Below, in pieces: positions 46,201 to 55,548 of a stretch of DNA of 63,094 nucleotides. The stretch lies in sequence record DRR723986_11044; one strand, given 5' to 3'. Each line of letters begins with the position of its first letter. The stretch's first letter is position 1. The translations under genes were made by a program, and so were the position numbers. The notes under the pieces were generated by a model. That model was given only the letters and a program-made list of their open reading frames with translations. It was not told the DNA's origin and did no database searches.

Positions 46201-47874
46201 TTATTGAAGGATCAAATGCGGAAAGAGATCAAAAAGCAATTCATTTGTCCGATTATCTTGTTTAGGAGAGATTGAATTCCATTTTTCAAGCTTTTTTGAA
46301 AATGTCTTCTTTTTGTCAGATTCAATAACCATTTCCCACAGTTCCGCTCGTTTTAATGCGAGCTTAATTTTACGCCAATGATTTTGGTAATATTCGATAG
46401 CATTGTTCGCAAATGGCACCCACTTATCTTCGCCGTAGTTAAATCCAATTATTTTTCTCTGATTAATCGATTCAAATATTAAAAGTAGCTTTTGATTGTA
46501 AAAAACATCATCCACTAAATCCCTATTATCTAATCTATTACAAAGATCATAAGCAATCTGATCAGCTAGACAAATTTCCTGCAAGGAGGTTGCCTGTAAT
46601 ACATTTCGATCTTTTTCATTCATATGATAACCTCTCCTGAACAGCAGTCGAAGAATCATGTTTTTATATTTACCAAGGCCTTCGATCACCTTTATAAACA
46701 CAGTTCTATTTGATCTATCTACAACATCTATATCCAGTTCAATTTCTCTACACCCCAAGATAAAGCTCAAAAAATATGGATCCGAGACTTTTGCCTCATC
46801 TATCCATTCCAAAAGTGCATTTGTACGATATCTATCAGGATTATTTAATCCGAGACTATTGTTTAGGGTAGCAACTTCAAAACTCTCCAAATTTTTAACT
46901 TTCTTACTCACACTACTATAATCATGGGCATTCCCCATCTTCAATCTTTTTATTTCTCCAATTATTGCTTGGGCTTTTGAATGGGCAGCGTTTTCAATTT
47001 GAACTTGAAGTTTTTTTTCTTCTTCGATTCTAATAGCTTCTTTCTTAATTATTTGTTGACCTTTAATCTTTTCTAGGTTTTCGGTAAAATCAAAAAAATA
47101 TGTCTGCATAGTCTGGACATCAAAACTTATTTGGTCCAGCGTAATAGACTTTTTTCGCCAAGGAGTTAATAAAGCATTTTCTTTAGTTAGGAATGGAAAT
47201 TTATAGTCACAAATTAGCTTGAAGTCAGTGCATGACTCATCCAGTTTAAAAAAATTCTGATGATCTGAAAGATACTTTAAATCCTTCTCTTTTGTTCCTT
47301 GATCCCTTATATCATAAGTATCCAGAATCCAAATTAAGTAGATGCCATGATTTTTATAGAAATTATGCCTACTCAGAATATATCCCAGTGAAAGCTCTGA
47401 TAATTGAATTTCAAAAACCAGTTCCTTTCCTTTGTACCTACAGTAAACGTCTGGCTTTCTCCGATCTCTGCCCTTAATAATAAACTTATCATCCACTGAT
47501 ATTGAGTCTACTTCCACACCTTCCACAAATGCCAGTCGATCTCCGATTTTCTGCTTTAATTCTTTATGCCTTTCACTTTCTTTCGCTATTAAGGCTCTTT
47601 CATAAAGTTTTTGTTCATCCGGGTTAAAATTGTTTTGCACTAAAAAACACGGATCATGGTTTGGAAAATGCTTAAAATGGATCTTATCATTTTTGCTTCC
47701 AGAAATACCTAAATCCTGACCGCATTCAATGCATTCAAAAGATATTGATTTCTCATGGTAAAGTCTTCGATAAAGAAAAGCTTCTTTAGTTTCAATAAAC
47801 CTTTCACTGGCTCTAAAGATCTCACCTGTTTCCTTACACCGTGCTACATCAATTGTCCTACGAAATTTCCCCAT
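46201..47874 (-). CDS. CoiA-like/DUF6035 PD-(D/E)xK nuclease-family protein
   Basis: Zn-finger-like CIECG...HFKH...C; ESERHKELK; RKPDV...VFEIQLS; likely start ATG 47874. Confidence 0.75.
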   Translation of the reverse strand: MGKFRRTIDVARCKETGEIFRASERFIETKEAFLYRRLYHEKSISFECIECGQDLGISGSKNDKIHFKHFPNHDPCFLVQNNFNPDEQKLYERALIAKESERHKELKQKIGDRLAFVEGVEVDSISVDDKFIIKGRDRRKPDVYCRYKGKELVFEIQLSELSLGYILSRHNFYKNHGIYLIWILDTYDIRDQGTKEKDLKYLSDHQNFFKLDESCTDFKLICDYKFPFLTKENALLTPWRKKSITLDQISFDVQTMQTYFFDFTENLEKIKGQQIIKKEAIRIEEEKKLQVQIENAAHSKAQAIIGEIKRLKMGNAHDYSSVSKKVKNLESFEVATLNNSLGLNNPDRYRTNALLEWIDEAKVSDPYFLSFILGCREIELDIDVVDRSNRTVFIKVIEGLGKYKNMILRLLFRRGYHMNEKDRNVLQATSLQEICLADQIAYDLCNRLDNRDLVDDVFYNQKLLLIFESINQRKIIGFNYGEDKWVPFANNAIEYYQNHWRKIKLALKRAELWEMVIESDKKKTFSKKLEKWNSISPKQDNRTNELLFDLFPHLILQ

Positions 47875-48087
47875 TTTAATTTTTGCCAATTCTACAGAAG
47901 ACAAAACACTGAATACAACAAGCTAATTATATGAATCATAGTTACAAATATTAGCTGAAAAACAAACTAGATGATCATATATTTGACACAAAATGACGCA
48001 TTAAACCGAGTAAATAACTTATTGAATTGAAATTCAAAAAATGAGGTGTTTGCCTATATAAACCAACCAAAAACAGTGACAAAGTTA

Positions 48088-48783
48088 TTAAGCCATCATC
48101 CGCTCCAACTTCTCCTTCCATTTTTCCCAATCAGGCATATAACGGGATTGAAGTCTGAAAAAAGCAGGCGAATGATCCGGGTGAACCAAATGGCATAGCT
48201 CATGAATAATGACATATTCTATGCATCCTTTGGGTGCTTTGATCAAATCAGGATTCAGGATTATTTTTCCATTTGGAGTGCAGCTTCCCCATCTCAAAGC
48301 CATATCTCGTATGACCACTGAATTTGGGACCACACCTTCTGATCTAAATTTTAGAATTAACTCAGAAGCAATTTTCTCAAATTTCTTCCGAGCTAGTTGT
48401 AGATACCAAGCCTTCATCAATTCCTTCACTTTACCACGATCTGTAGTCTCTACACGAATTTCTCCATGAAGTAACTTCACCGAATCCTGACTTGCCTCTT
48501 CTATCATCAATCGGTACTGCCTTCCCAGATATAGATGAGTCTCTCCGCTTACATAGTTACGCTCTGTTAGTCTCGGCTGGAATGACAAAAAGAAACTCTG
48601 CTGCTTGATAATCCATGCAGCACGTTTTTGCAAAACCTGTTTGATCTTTTCTCTGTTGGCAGAGGCAGGTGCTTTGACCAAGACTTCGGAGGTAGGTGTG
48701 ACAGTTATTCCCAAGGTTTTCCGATCCGAAAAACTCACTTCATAATCGATCACCCTAGAACCAAACTGAATTGAATCTTTCAT
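48088..48783 (-). CDS. M48/YgjP-like (DUF45) zinc metallopeptidase associated with type I RM
   Basis: YLGRQY, RWGSC, YVIIHELCHL..PDHS..F; overlaps the hsdR stop. Confidence 0.9.
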   Translation of the reverse strand: MKDSIQFGSRVIDYEVSFSDRKTLGITVTPTSEVLVKAPASANREKIKQVLQKRAAWIIKQQSFFLSFQPRLTERNYVSGETHLYLGRQYRLMIEEASQDSVKLLHGEIRVETTDRGKVKELMKAWYLQLARKKFEKIASELILKFRSEGVVPNSVVIRDMALRWGSCTPNGKIILNPDLIKAPKGCIEYVIIHELCHLVHPDHSPAFFRLQSRYMPDWEKWKEKLERMMA

Positions 48784-51700
48784 GATCGATAGCGTTTTTT
48801 GGCAACGGCCAAGATTCTTTCAGCCAAGGAATCGATCTCTGAGTAGGAAATCTCCCTCGCATGTTTATCACGGACTTCATCTATCAGGTAGTCCCCTATC
48901 TCGATAATAAGTTTACCGGTAATCTCTCTTTTGGACTCCCACTCCACAATAGGACTCTGCCCCTGACCAAACACCTCCGCTTTTATAAGCTGATTTATTT
49001 TCAATGCAGAAGTTTCGCAGATAGACTTTAGCGCATCGCTGTTGGAAATCTTTTCATCCAAAAACTCCTTGGTCAATCCATAAAAAGCAGCTGCCACCGA
49101 CTCGTCCTTAAGCAGCTCGGGAATGTCCGAATCTGTATGATTGAGCACCGCATCCATGACATTTTTTGTCTTTTGAAGATATTGGGTTTCCGAAATCCTC
49201 CTCGCCTCATAATCGGCAATTGTTTGGGATAAGAGTTGAGAAAACTTCTTATAAAAAGCAGGATCTTCATCCATCTTTTCGGAGATATACTTGGCTGTCC
49301 GGCTTGCGATTTTATCTGCTTTCGCCGCCTCTCCCACCGTCTTCTCAACTTCACTAGCAAAACTGTCTTTGTCAAAAATATTGACCAAATCAGTAATGGG
49401 CTCTACCTCCTCTGCAGTCACATGAGTATCCAGCAGTTTTTGAATCTGCTCTTCATATCGACTGTAATCTATCCGGTCAGAAAACCTTGCAACAACTGCG
49501 ACACGTAGTTTCATAAAAAAAAGCAGATCGGATTTGTACCGATCGATTTCCTTTGGGTCAGTTCTCTCATGAAAGGAAATGGTCGAAAGAGCAAGTTTCA
49601 AACTTTTACCGTAAGAAGTGAGCTTGTCATAAAAAATCACCCTAACTGACTCGTCACGCAAGATAAGATGATAAGCCTCCGCATCCCTTGTGTTTTTTAC
49701 ACTTTTAAAAATATCCCAAAGTTCAGAATGCCTCTGCGGAAGTCGGTTGATCTCTACCTCTATATTCACCAGTGTTCCTTCCATATCGAGCTCATCAAAC
49801 TCCTGAAAAGCAGCATACATCTTCAATGCATCGTCCAAATTTTCAATGACTCCATAATAGTCTATCACAAATCCGAAATCTTTACCTTCTTCTACTCGAT
49901 TCACCCGGGCAATAGCCTGGAGCAGTTTGTGATCTTTGAGATTTCTGGTCAAATAAAGAACCGTGTTTTTGGGTTCATCAAAGCCCGTCAACAACTTATC
50001 TACAACAATTATAATTTCTCGATCAGGCAGGTTTTGAAAGCGACTGATCACTTGGCTCTCGTACTTTTTGGCAGATCCATGTTCCTGCATCATCTTTTTC
50101 CAAAACCTTTGCACTTTGTCACTGCTTTGCTCATAGGCATTGTCTTCTCCTTCCCGATCATCTATGGGTGAAATCAAAACTTCAGAGCTTACCAGTCCTA
50201 TTTCATCCAAGATCTCTTTGTATTTGATTGCACTTAGCTTTTTGTCGCAGACCAACATACCTTTAAACCCTGTCCCTTGCCAATTGTCCCTAAAGTGTCT
50301 ACTGATATCCCAGCAGGTCACATAAATTCTTTGCTCAGCAGAGTTGATCTGGTCAGCACGGCTAAATTTCCGCTTGAAATCAGCCTTTTCCCTATCATTA
50401 AAAGGCTCCGAAACCATATCAAAAAATCGATCTAGAGGACCTGAATTCACTTTTAGATATGGCAATCTCCCCTCATACAAGAGTGGGACGACCGCCCCAT
50501 CTTTCACGGCTTCATCTACAGTGTAGGCATCGATCATCCCCCCAAATTTGGCAGCTGTACTCTTCTCTTTCTTGAAAAGAGGAGTACCTGTCATCGCAAT
50601 AAAACATGCATTTGGCAGGGTCTTTTGCATTTCGATATTGAAGGTTCCATGCTGGGTCCGATGTCCTTCGTCTATCAAAACAAAAATATTCGGATTTTCC
50701 AGCGGCTTTTGAATCTTCTTTACCGCAGCGGTGAATTTGTTGATTATCGTAGTGACTACAGCATCACTTGGACTTTCGAGCAAATGTACCAGTTGCGTTC
50801 CAGTCGAAGCATTATTGACTGCCATCCCACATTTTCGAAACGTACTGGTAATTTGTCTGTCCAGATCCGTCCGATCCGTTACCAAAATGATTTTTGGATT
50901 CAAAATGCTTTTTTCCATGGCAATCGCCTGCGCCATCATGACCATCGTAAGAGATTTACCACTTCCCTGTGTATGCCAAATCACCCCACCTTCTCGTCGA
51001 TCCCTACCTTTTGCATCTTTTACTAAAACCTTAAGACGTGCCAATGTCTTCTTGACTGCAAAGTACTGCTGATATCGAGCGACCTTCTTCGTACCACCAT
51101 CAAACAGAATAAAGTTGTATATCAAATCAAGAAGCCTCTCCGGTCGACATAGATTGAATAAAAACTCATCTTGCGCCGTAAATTGTATTTCTTCCTTCTC
51201 CAAGTCTTCAAAATATCGCTTGACATAGGAAAAGCGATCCGAAAACAGTTTCTGGTGTGTGGTAGGCTCTAGTTTGTCTTTTTTGATTACCCTTAATTGA
51301 TCCTCATATTCCTTCCTTTTCAAATCGGATGAAATCTTTTCTTTCCACTGCGCCCAAAATTTCAACGGAGTACCATTGGTAGCATAGCTTGTTTCTTGGT
51401 TTGCCAATGATACCAGCAGCTGGGCATACACATAAAAATTTCTAATCCCGTCCTCCTGCTGATTTCTCAAATGTTGGGAGATAGCCTGCTTGATCGGCTC
51501 CTTCATGTCCGGTCGCTTACACTCTAGGATCACAATGGGAATTCCGTTGATAAAAATCACTAGATCCGGAATGTAATGATCTTTGCCGTTGCTACGTAAC
51601 ACTTTGAATTCTTCTGAAACCTGAAACTTATTATTTTGGGGATTTTCCCAATCTATGTACTGTAGGGTAAAACTTTTCCGATCTCCATCCACAGTCTGCT

Positions 51701-52028
51701 CCACGGCCATTCCCAAAGTCAGCAGGTTATAGATTATTTCGGTGGAATGGATATAGCCTTCGTTCAAAGGAATCTCCTGAAGTTTTCGGATTCCGTTTTC
51801 AATATTTGCTTCGCTGATGTAAGTGTTACGACTGGAACTGACTTTCTTTTCAGAATTAATCAAACGAAGTTGCTTTCGAAGTACCTCTTCCAGCAAAACC
51901 TGGGTAGTTTTTCCTCCACGCAGTTTCATTGTTTCCTCTTCCGGCAGGTACTCAAACCCAAGTTTGCAGAGCAATTGTATTGCAGGAATCTGTGAAATAT
52001 GATCTTCTTTGAAACTGGGTGTATCCAT
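48780..52028 (-). CDS. hsdR: Type I restriction enzyme R subunit
   Basis: PDLVIFINGIPIVILECK, WHTQGSGKS, DEGHR, TGTP, LLTGFD, QAIARVNR. Confidence 0.96.
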   Translation of the reverse strand: MDTPSFKEDHISQIPAIQLLCKLGFEYLPEEETMKLRGGKTTQVLLEEVLRKQLRLINSEKKVSSSRNTYISEANIENGIRKLQEIPLNEGYIHSTEIIYNLLTLGMAVEQTVDGDRKSFTLQYIDWENPQNNKFQVSEEFKVLRSNGKDHYIPDLVIFINGIPIVILECKRPDMKEPIKQAISQHLRNQQEDGIRNFYVYAQLLVSLANQETSYATNGTPLKFWAQWKEKISSDLKRKEYEDQLRVIKKDKLEPTTHQKLFSDRFSYVKRYFEDLEKEEIQFTAQDEFLFNLCRPERLLDLIYNFILFDGGTKKVARYQQYFAVKKTLARLKVLVKDAKGRDRREGGVIWHTQGSGKSLTMVMMAQAIAMEKSILNPKIILVTDRTDLDRQITSTFRKCGMAVNNASTGTQLVHLLESPSDAVVTTIINKFTAAVKKIQKPLENPNIFVLIDEGHRTQHGTFNIEMQKTLPNACFIAMTGTPLFKKEKSTAAKFGGMIDAYTVDEAVKDGAVVPLLYEGRLPYLKVNSGPLDRFFDMVSEPFNDREKADFKRKFSRADQINSAEQRIYVTCWDISRHFRDNWQGTGFKGMLVCDKKLSAIKYKEILDEIGLVSSEVLISPIDDREGEDNAYEQSSDKVQRFWKKMMQEHGSAKKYESQVISRFQNLPDREIIIVVDKLLTGFDEPKNTVLYLTRNLKDHKLLQAIARVNRVEEGKDFGFVIDYYGVIENLDDALKMYAAFQEFDELDMEGTLVNIEVEINRLPQRHSELWDIFKSVKNTRDAEAYHLILRDESVRVIFYDKLTSYGKSLKLALSTISFHERTDPKEIDRYKSDLLFFMKLRVAVVARFSDRIDYSRYEEQIQKLLDTHVTAEEVEPITDLVNIFDKDSFASEVEKTVGEAAKADKIASRTAKYISEKMDEDPAFYKKFSQLLSQTIADYEARRISETQYLQKTKNVMDAVLNHTDSDIPELLKDESVAAAFYGLTKEFLDEKISNSDALKSICETSALKINQLIKAEVFGQGQSPIVEWESKREITGKLIIEIGDYLIDEVRDKHAREISYSEIDSLAERILAVAKKRYRS

Positions 52029-52142
52029 ATGGCTTGTTAAAAAAGGTTAAAATCTGAGCTGTTTTCTTCTCTAATTAGACTGATTTTAAACAAAAACTGT
52101 GAAATTATTGTGTAATTCATGTGAAATGATCAAGTTTGCATT

Positions 52143-52226
52143 GTCATCGCCCAAAGGGTGAAAGACCTGGTTGCCCGCAGATCCGTAAATGCGGACCGCA
52201 TTCATCGAAATGCGGTTTTCTTTTTT
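52143..52226 (+). ncRNA. Candidate small RNA convergent on the DUF3800 gene pair
   Basis: GC-rich ~85-nt island with three stems; the last (ACCGCATT/AATGCGGT) is followed by TTTCTTTTTT. CAAGTTTG (one mismatch to TAnnTTTG) lies at 52131-38. Confidence 0.5.
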
Positions 52227-52725
52227 ATAGCCCATGGTAATCCCTATACCTTTTTAAATAGGTTCTTCTTTCCAATACATCCACTTTAAAACCAGTGACT
52301 ACTAACAAGTCACTTCCGATTGGTTTCAAAACCACCATAAAATCAGCTTCTTGAAACCAGAAGTGCTTTTTCAATACTCCCTTATTATCTGTGAATTCAT
52401 AATACTTAATTCTAGGATCTTCAAAATGAAGTAAAATGGGTTTTATCCAATGGAGGCAATTTGTCCTAGCCGGGTCAAACATCCTTTGTCCTTTCATTTT
52501 GCTTTCCCTGGTAATCAGGTGCACAAACGTCTCTGGATACCCTCTAAATTCCCGATTGAAAGATGGTTTATCCACGACTTTCACTCTTCTACCGTCTATC
52601 TCAAATGGCTCATCAATAAAATCATTTTGAAAAATTTTCAGTAAAACGTCAAGCTGGTCTTTGGTAAGTTCTTCATATCCCAAGTCATCAAATAATTCTT
52701 CCAGGTCATCTAAATCCAACATCAC
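52225..52725 (-). CDS. Hypothetical protein coupled to the DUF3800 gene (resembles phage P1 RlfB-like 'restriction cassette' proteins)
   Basis: FVHLITR...R.FDP.R...LHWIKPI motif; overlaps the DUF3800 stop by 4 nt. Confidence 0.65.
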   Translation of the reverse strand: MMLDLDDLEELFDDLGYEELTKDQLDVLLKIFQNDFIDEPFEIDGRRVKVVDKPSFNREFRGYPETFVHLITRESKMKGQRMFDPARTNCLHWIKPILLHFEDPRIKYYEFTDNKGVLKKHFWFQEADFMVVLKPIGSDLLVVTGFKVDVLERRTYLKRYRDYHGL

Positions 52726-53432
52726 TTCAAATTCTTGGGTTGATGATCAAAAATATTGAACTTCTCCTCCCAAGGCTCTGTCCCTTCATCCAATGAATAA
52801 CCTGACTTATTCTCCAAATAATCAATTATTTCCTTTTTCACCTGCGACGCGCCTTTTTTAAGATGCTCCCCTCTTGCCTTGTAGGTAATAGCACCAATAA
52901 AAAGGTCAGTTAGCTGCATCAACTCATTCTCATCGGAATGGATGTGTTGAAAATGAGTAAATGGAGAGTTTCCAGCATATTTGTTGACAAAGACCCGTTC
53001 TATTTGTTCTAGCTGCTCCCGTCCCCTGGTATCTTTAATATCCATAAAAACGCGATACTCATTTTGCCGGGGTGGATTTGTCATGGAATTCAAGACAAAA
53101 TAAACCAGCTTGTAATAGTAGCTGTTATGATCTCCTTTGTTGAAATCCTCATGATGCAATCGATCCTTATACTTCATCAGGAGGCATCTAAAGAATATCG
53201 GCTGATCAAAGAAGAAATCTATCAATGTGCGGTACATCGGCATTCTGGAAATAGACAGCTTATTCCACTTGATCTCAGTAGGTGATTTATAATGCAGCTT
53301 GATGGATTTGATTCCCGCCTTGATGTCTTCGTAATCTGTCGCCTCAATCTTCAGATAACCGATACACATAACAGGAAATCCATCATTTTCCAGATGGCAG
53401 CTTTCGTCTATGTAGATGTTTTTAATGCTCAT
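52722..53432 (-). CDS. DUF3800 domain protein (RNase H-like fold; RlfA-like)
   Basis: IYIDESCHL, EIKW, MDIKD and S....MQLTDLFIGA acidic motifs. Confidence 0.88.
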   Translation of the reverse strand: MSIKNIYIDESCHLENDGFPVMCIGYLKIEATDYEDIKAGIKSIKLHYKSPTEIKWNKLSISRMPMYRTLIDFFFDQPIFFRCLLMKYKDRLHHEDFNKGDHNSYYYKLVYFVLNSMTNPPRQNEYRVFMDIKDTRGREQLEQIERVFVNKYAGNSPFTHFQHIHSDENELMQLTDLFIGAITYKARGEHLKKGASQVKKEIIDYLENKSGYSLDEGTEPWEEKFNIFDHQPKNLK

Positions 53433-53448
53433 ATTCCAAAGACAGCTT

Positions 53449-54711
53449 TTACTTTTGTTTGGCTAATTTTTCAAATTCACTTTCTGATAGACAACATTCT
53501 ATCACAACCTTTCCACTTCCACAAAAACAAGTATCCTTTTTACTTAAATAGGTTTTCCTTACGATAAAATCACCTGATTCACCATCTTCAAACTCTACTT
53601 TTTCTCCTTGTGATGCTCTGATAAATTTGTCCATTTGAGATTTAGCATACTCACGTTCTTCCATCGAAAGCTCCCTACTCTTGAAGTTAGAAAGCGGATA
53701 ATTCAAATATCTCTTCCAAATCTGAAATGTTAACGAAGCCTCATTAATTGGAGGTATGGAAGCAAATTTCCTTTTTTCCTCCAATTCCTTCTTATCAATA
53801 AACTCTACTATATTTCTTAAATCAATTTTTAAATCTTCCCCAATGACAAACATTTGATCCTTTCTAATAATCAATGGAACCAGCTGCTTGTGAATTTTAT
53901 CATTCGATGTAAACACATTACAGAATGGAAGATAAAAAAGGTATTCCAGATCCACTTTATTCGTAGGTCTAACACCGATTAATTCGTTCTTTAAACCAAA
54001 CAAAAACAATAAATCAACCTTCAAACAATGGATTGAATAGGGTAAGTAATTACGTAAAATTGGCTTTTCGGCTAAAACCCAACTATTAAAGAGTTTTACA
54101 CCATCAATATCACCTCTACTGTAAAAATCAATAATGTGGGCTAAAAGTTGGTCTTGGAAGTTTGGGTTGGAAATTATTTCATCAACATATAAATCTAAAT
54201 CTTTCAAAGATTTAAGCTTAGGGATGGTTAAGTTTTTAAGAATCTTTTGAAGATTTTTAAGGACATCTTCTTGAGTAGTTGTATCCCTCCAAATTTTGGA
54301 TAACATGTGGTCTGCCTCAGAAAAACGACCATCTTTCCATTTGTGAATAGCAACTTCCTCTTCAGTCTCCTTAACAATGAAGCCTTTGCTTCCATCCTCT
54401 GCTTGAACCAATTTCTCCATTTGTAAGAATGGTCTTCCATCGAGCGGAATCTCACCTCCAGTTAGTTCAACATGAATTAGACTTTTATAATAACCATTTA
54501 CCACACTTTGCATAGGAAAAAGCTTTTTCGCAAAATCACTTACAATTTCAACAGCAGATCTTTTCTCTGGATCAAAGTCCTTTTTAAGATCACCCAAGAT
54601 TTCCATTACTAAAACAGGCGCAATATTATGCTTATAATAGCGACTAAGTTTTTCTAGTTCAGCAAAGCTTAACGATTGAAATGTAGACTTATCGACAATT
54701 ATTGTTATCAT
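53449..54711 (-). CDS. Hypothetical protein with PIN-like acidic motifs and C-terminal SEC-C motif
   Basis: IIVDKS, VMEILGDL, VDLEYLFY..F...FTSND; C-terminal CFCGSGKVVIECC. Confidence 0.65.
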   Translation of the reverse strand: MITIIVDKSTFQSLSFAELEKLSRYYKHNIAPVLVMEILGDLKKDFDPEKRSAVEIVSDFAKKLFPMQSVVNGYYKSLIHVELTGGEIPLDGRPFLQMEKLVQAEDGSKGFIVKETEEEVAIHKWKDGRFSEADHMLSKIWRDTTTQEDVLKNLQKILKNLTIPKLKSLKDLDLYVDEIISNPNFQDQLLAHIIDFYSRGDIDGVKLFNSWVLAEKPILRNYLPYSIHCLKVDLLFLFGLKNELIGVRPTNKVDLEYLFYLPFCNVFTSNDKIHKQLVPLIIRKDQMFVIGEDLKIDLRNIVEFIDKKELEEKRKFASIPPINEASLTFQIWKRYLNYPLSNFKSRELSMEEREYAKSQMDKFIRASQGEKVEFEDGESGDFIVRKTYLSKKDTCFCGSGKVVIECCLSESEFEKLAKQK

Positions 54712-54763
54712 GTTTATTAGCTCGATTCAGAGTTTTAAATATTTTTCATCTAAGCTATTTAAT

Positions 54764-55543
54764 TCAAGCATTGCCATGTATTAAATCTGAAATTTCTACA
54801 GCAATCTCCTCTACTGTGAATAATGATGTGTTTCTAGCAACTCTATCCGCTATGGAAGGTGAAAAATCCATAACTTCCTTTTTGGTTATTTCATGCCATA
54901 TAGGAAGAAGAACCTGCTCACCACTTACCATCCGTGTGATAATCCCATCAAGCTCATAATTTGTCCATCCTTTTTTTATAAAATTTCTCGATAAAACCAC
55001 TATTCCAAACCTGCTTTTTGCTAAACCTTTGTCTATTTTCTGCCTTAAGCTATCACCTATTTTTAATTCAAAATCATCATACCAGACTTTCAATCCAGCA
55101 TCGCGTAAAGCAAACGCTAAGGGTTTAACCACAGAATCCTTGTCGTCCGAGGCATGGGAAATAAAAACATCAAATTCCCTTTCATCATCCTCAACAATAC
55201 CAAAAGGAGTTTCATTTCTGCCCTGAACTAATGATGGAACACTAGACAAAGGAGTTTCTTGATAAGTAGGAAGGGCAGATGGGAGTACTTTTACGCTAGC
55301 ATTTGTCGTTCCTCTTAATCCCTTCATATCTACCGTCACGTACCAATGTCCCGAATTTGGAACACCTAGAACTACTGGAGATCTTTTAATAAGCCCACCA
55401 ACGTATCTATAACTACGCCCACTTTTATAATTCGAGTAATTAGAACTATCCATTAAACAAACATTCGCAGCATTTCCAGAAAGAGTAACCTGAACTCTTT
55501 CTCCTCTTTTCAATTGCTTGAGATCATAAACTAAATATTTCAT
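54764..55543 (-). CDS. DUF1883 + TIR domain protein
   Basis: N-domain ANVCLMD..NY..Y..G...Y.GG....SPV...VP.SGHW; TIR part FDVFISHASDDK, VWYDDF, GDSLR..ID.GL, WTNYELDG. Confidence 0.88.
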   Translation of the reverse strand: MKYLVYDLKQLKRGERVQVTLSGNAANVCLMDSSNYSNYKSGRSYRYVGGLIKRSPVVLGVPNSGHWYVTVDMKGLRGTTNASVKVLPSALPTYQETPLSSVPSLVQGRNETPFGIVEDDEREFDVFISHASDDKDSVVKPLAFALRDAGLKVWYDDFELKIGDSLRQKIDKGLAKSRFGIVVLSRNFIKKGWTNYELDGIITRMVSGEQVLLPIWHEITKKEVMDFSPSIADRVARNTSLFTVEEIAVEISDLIHGNA

Positions 55544-55548
55544 AAAAT

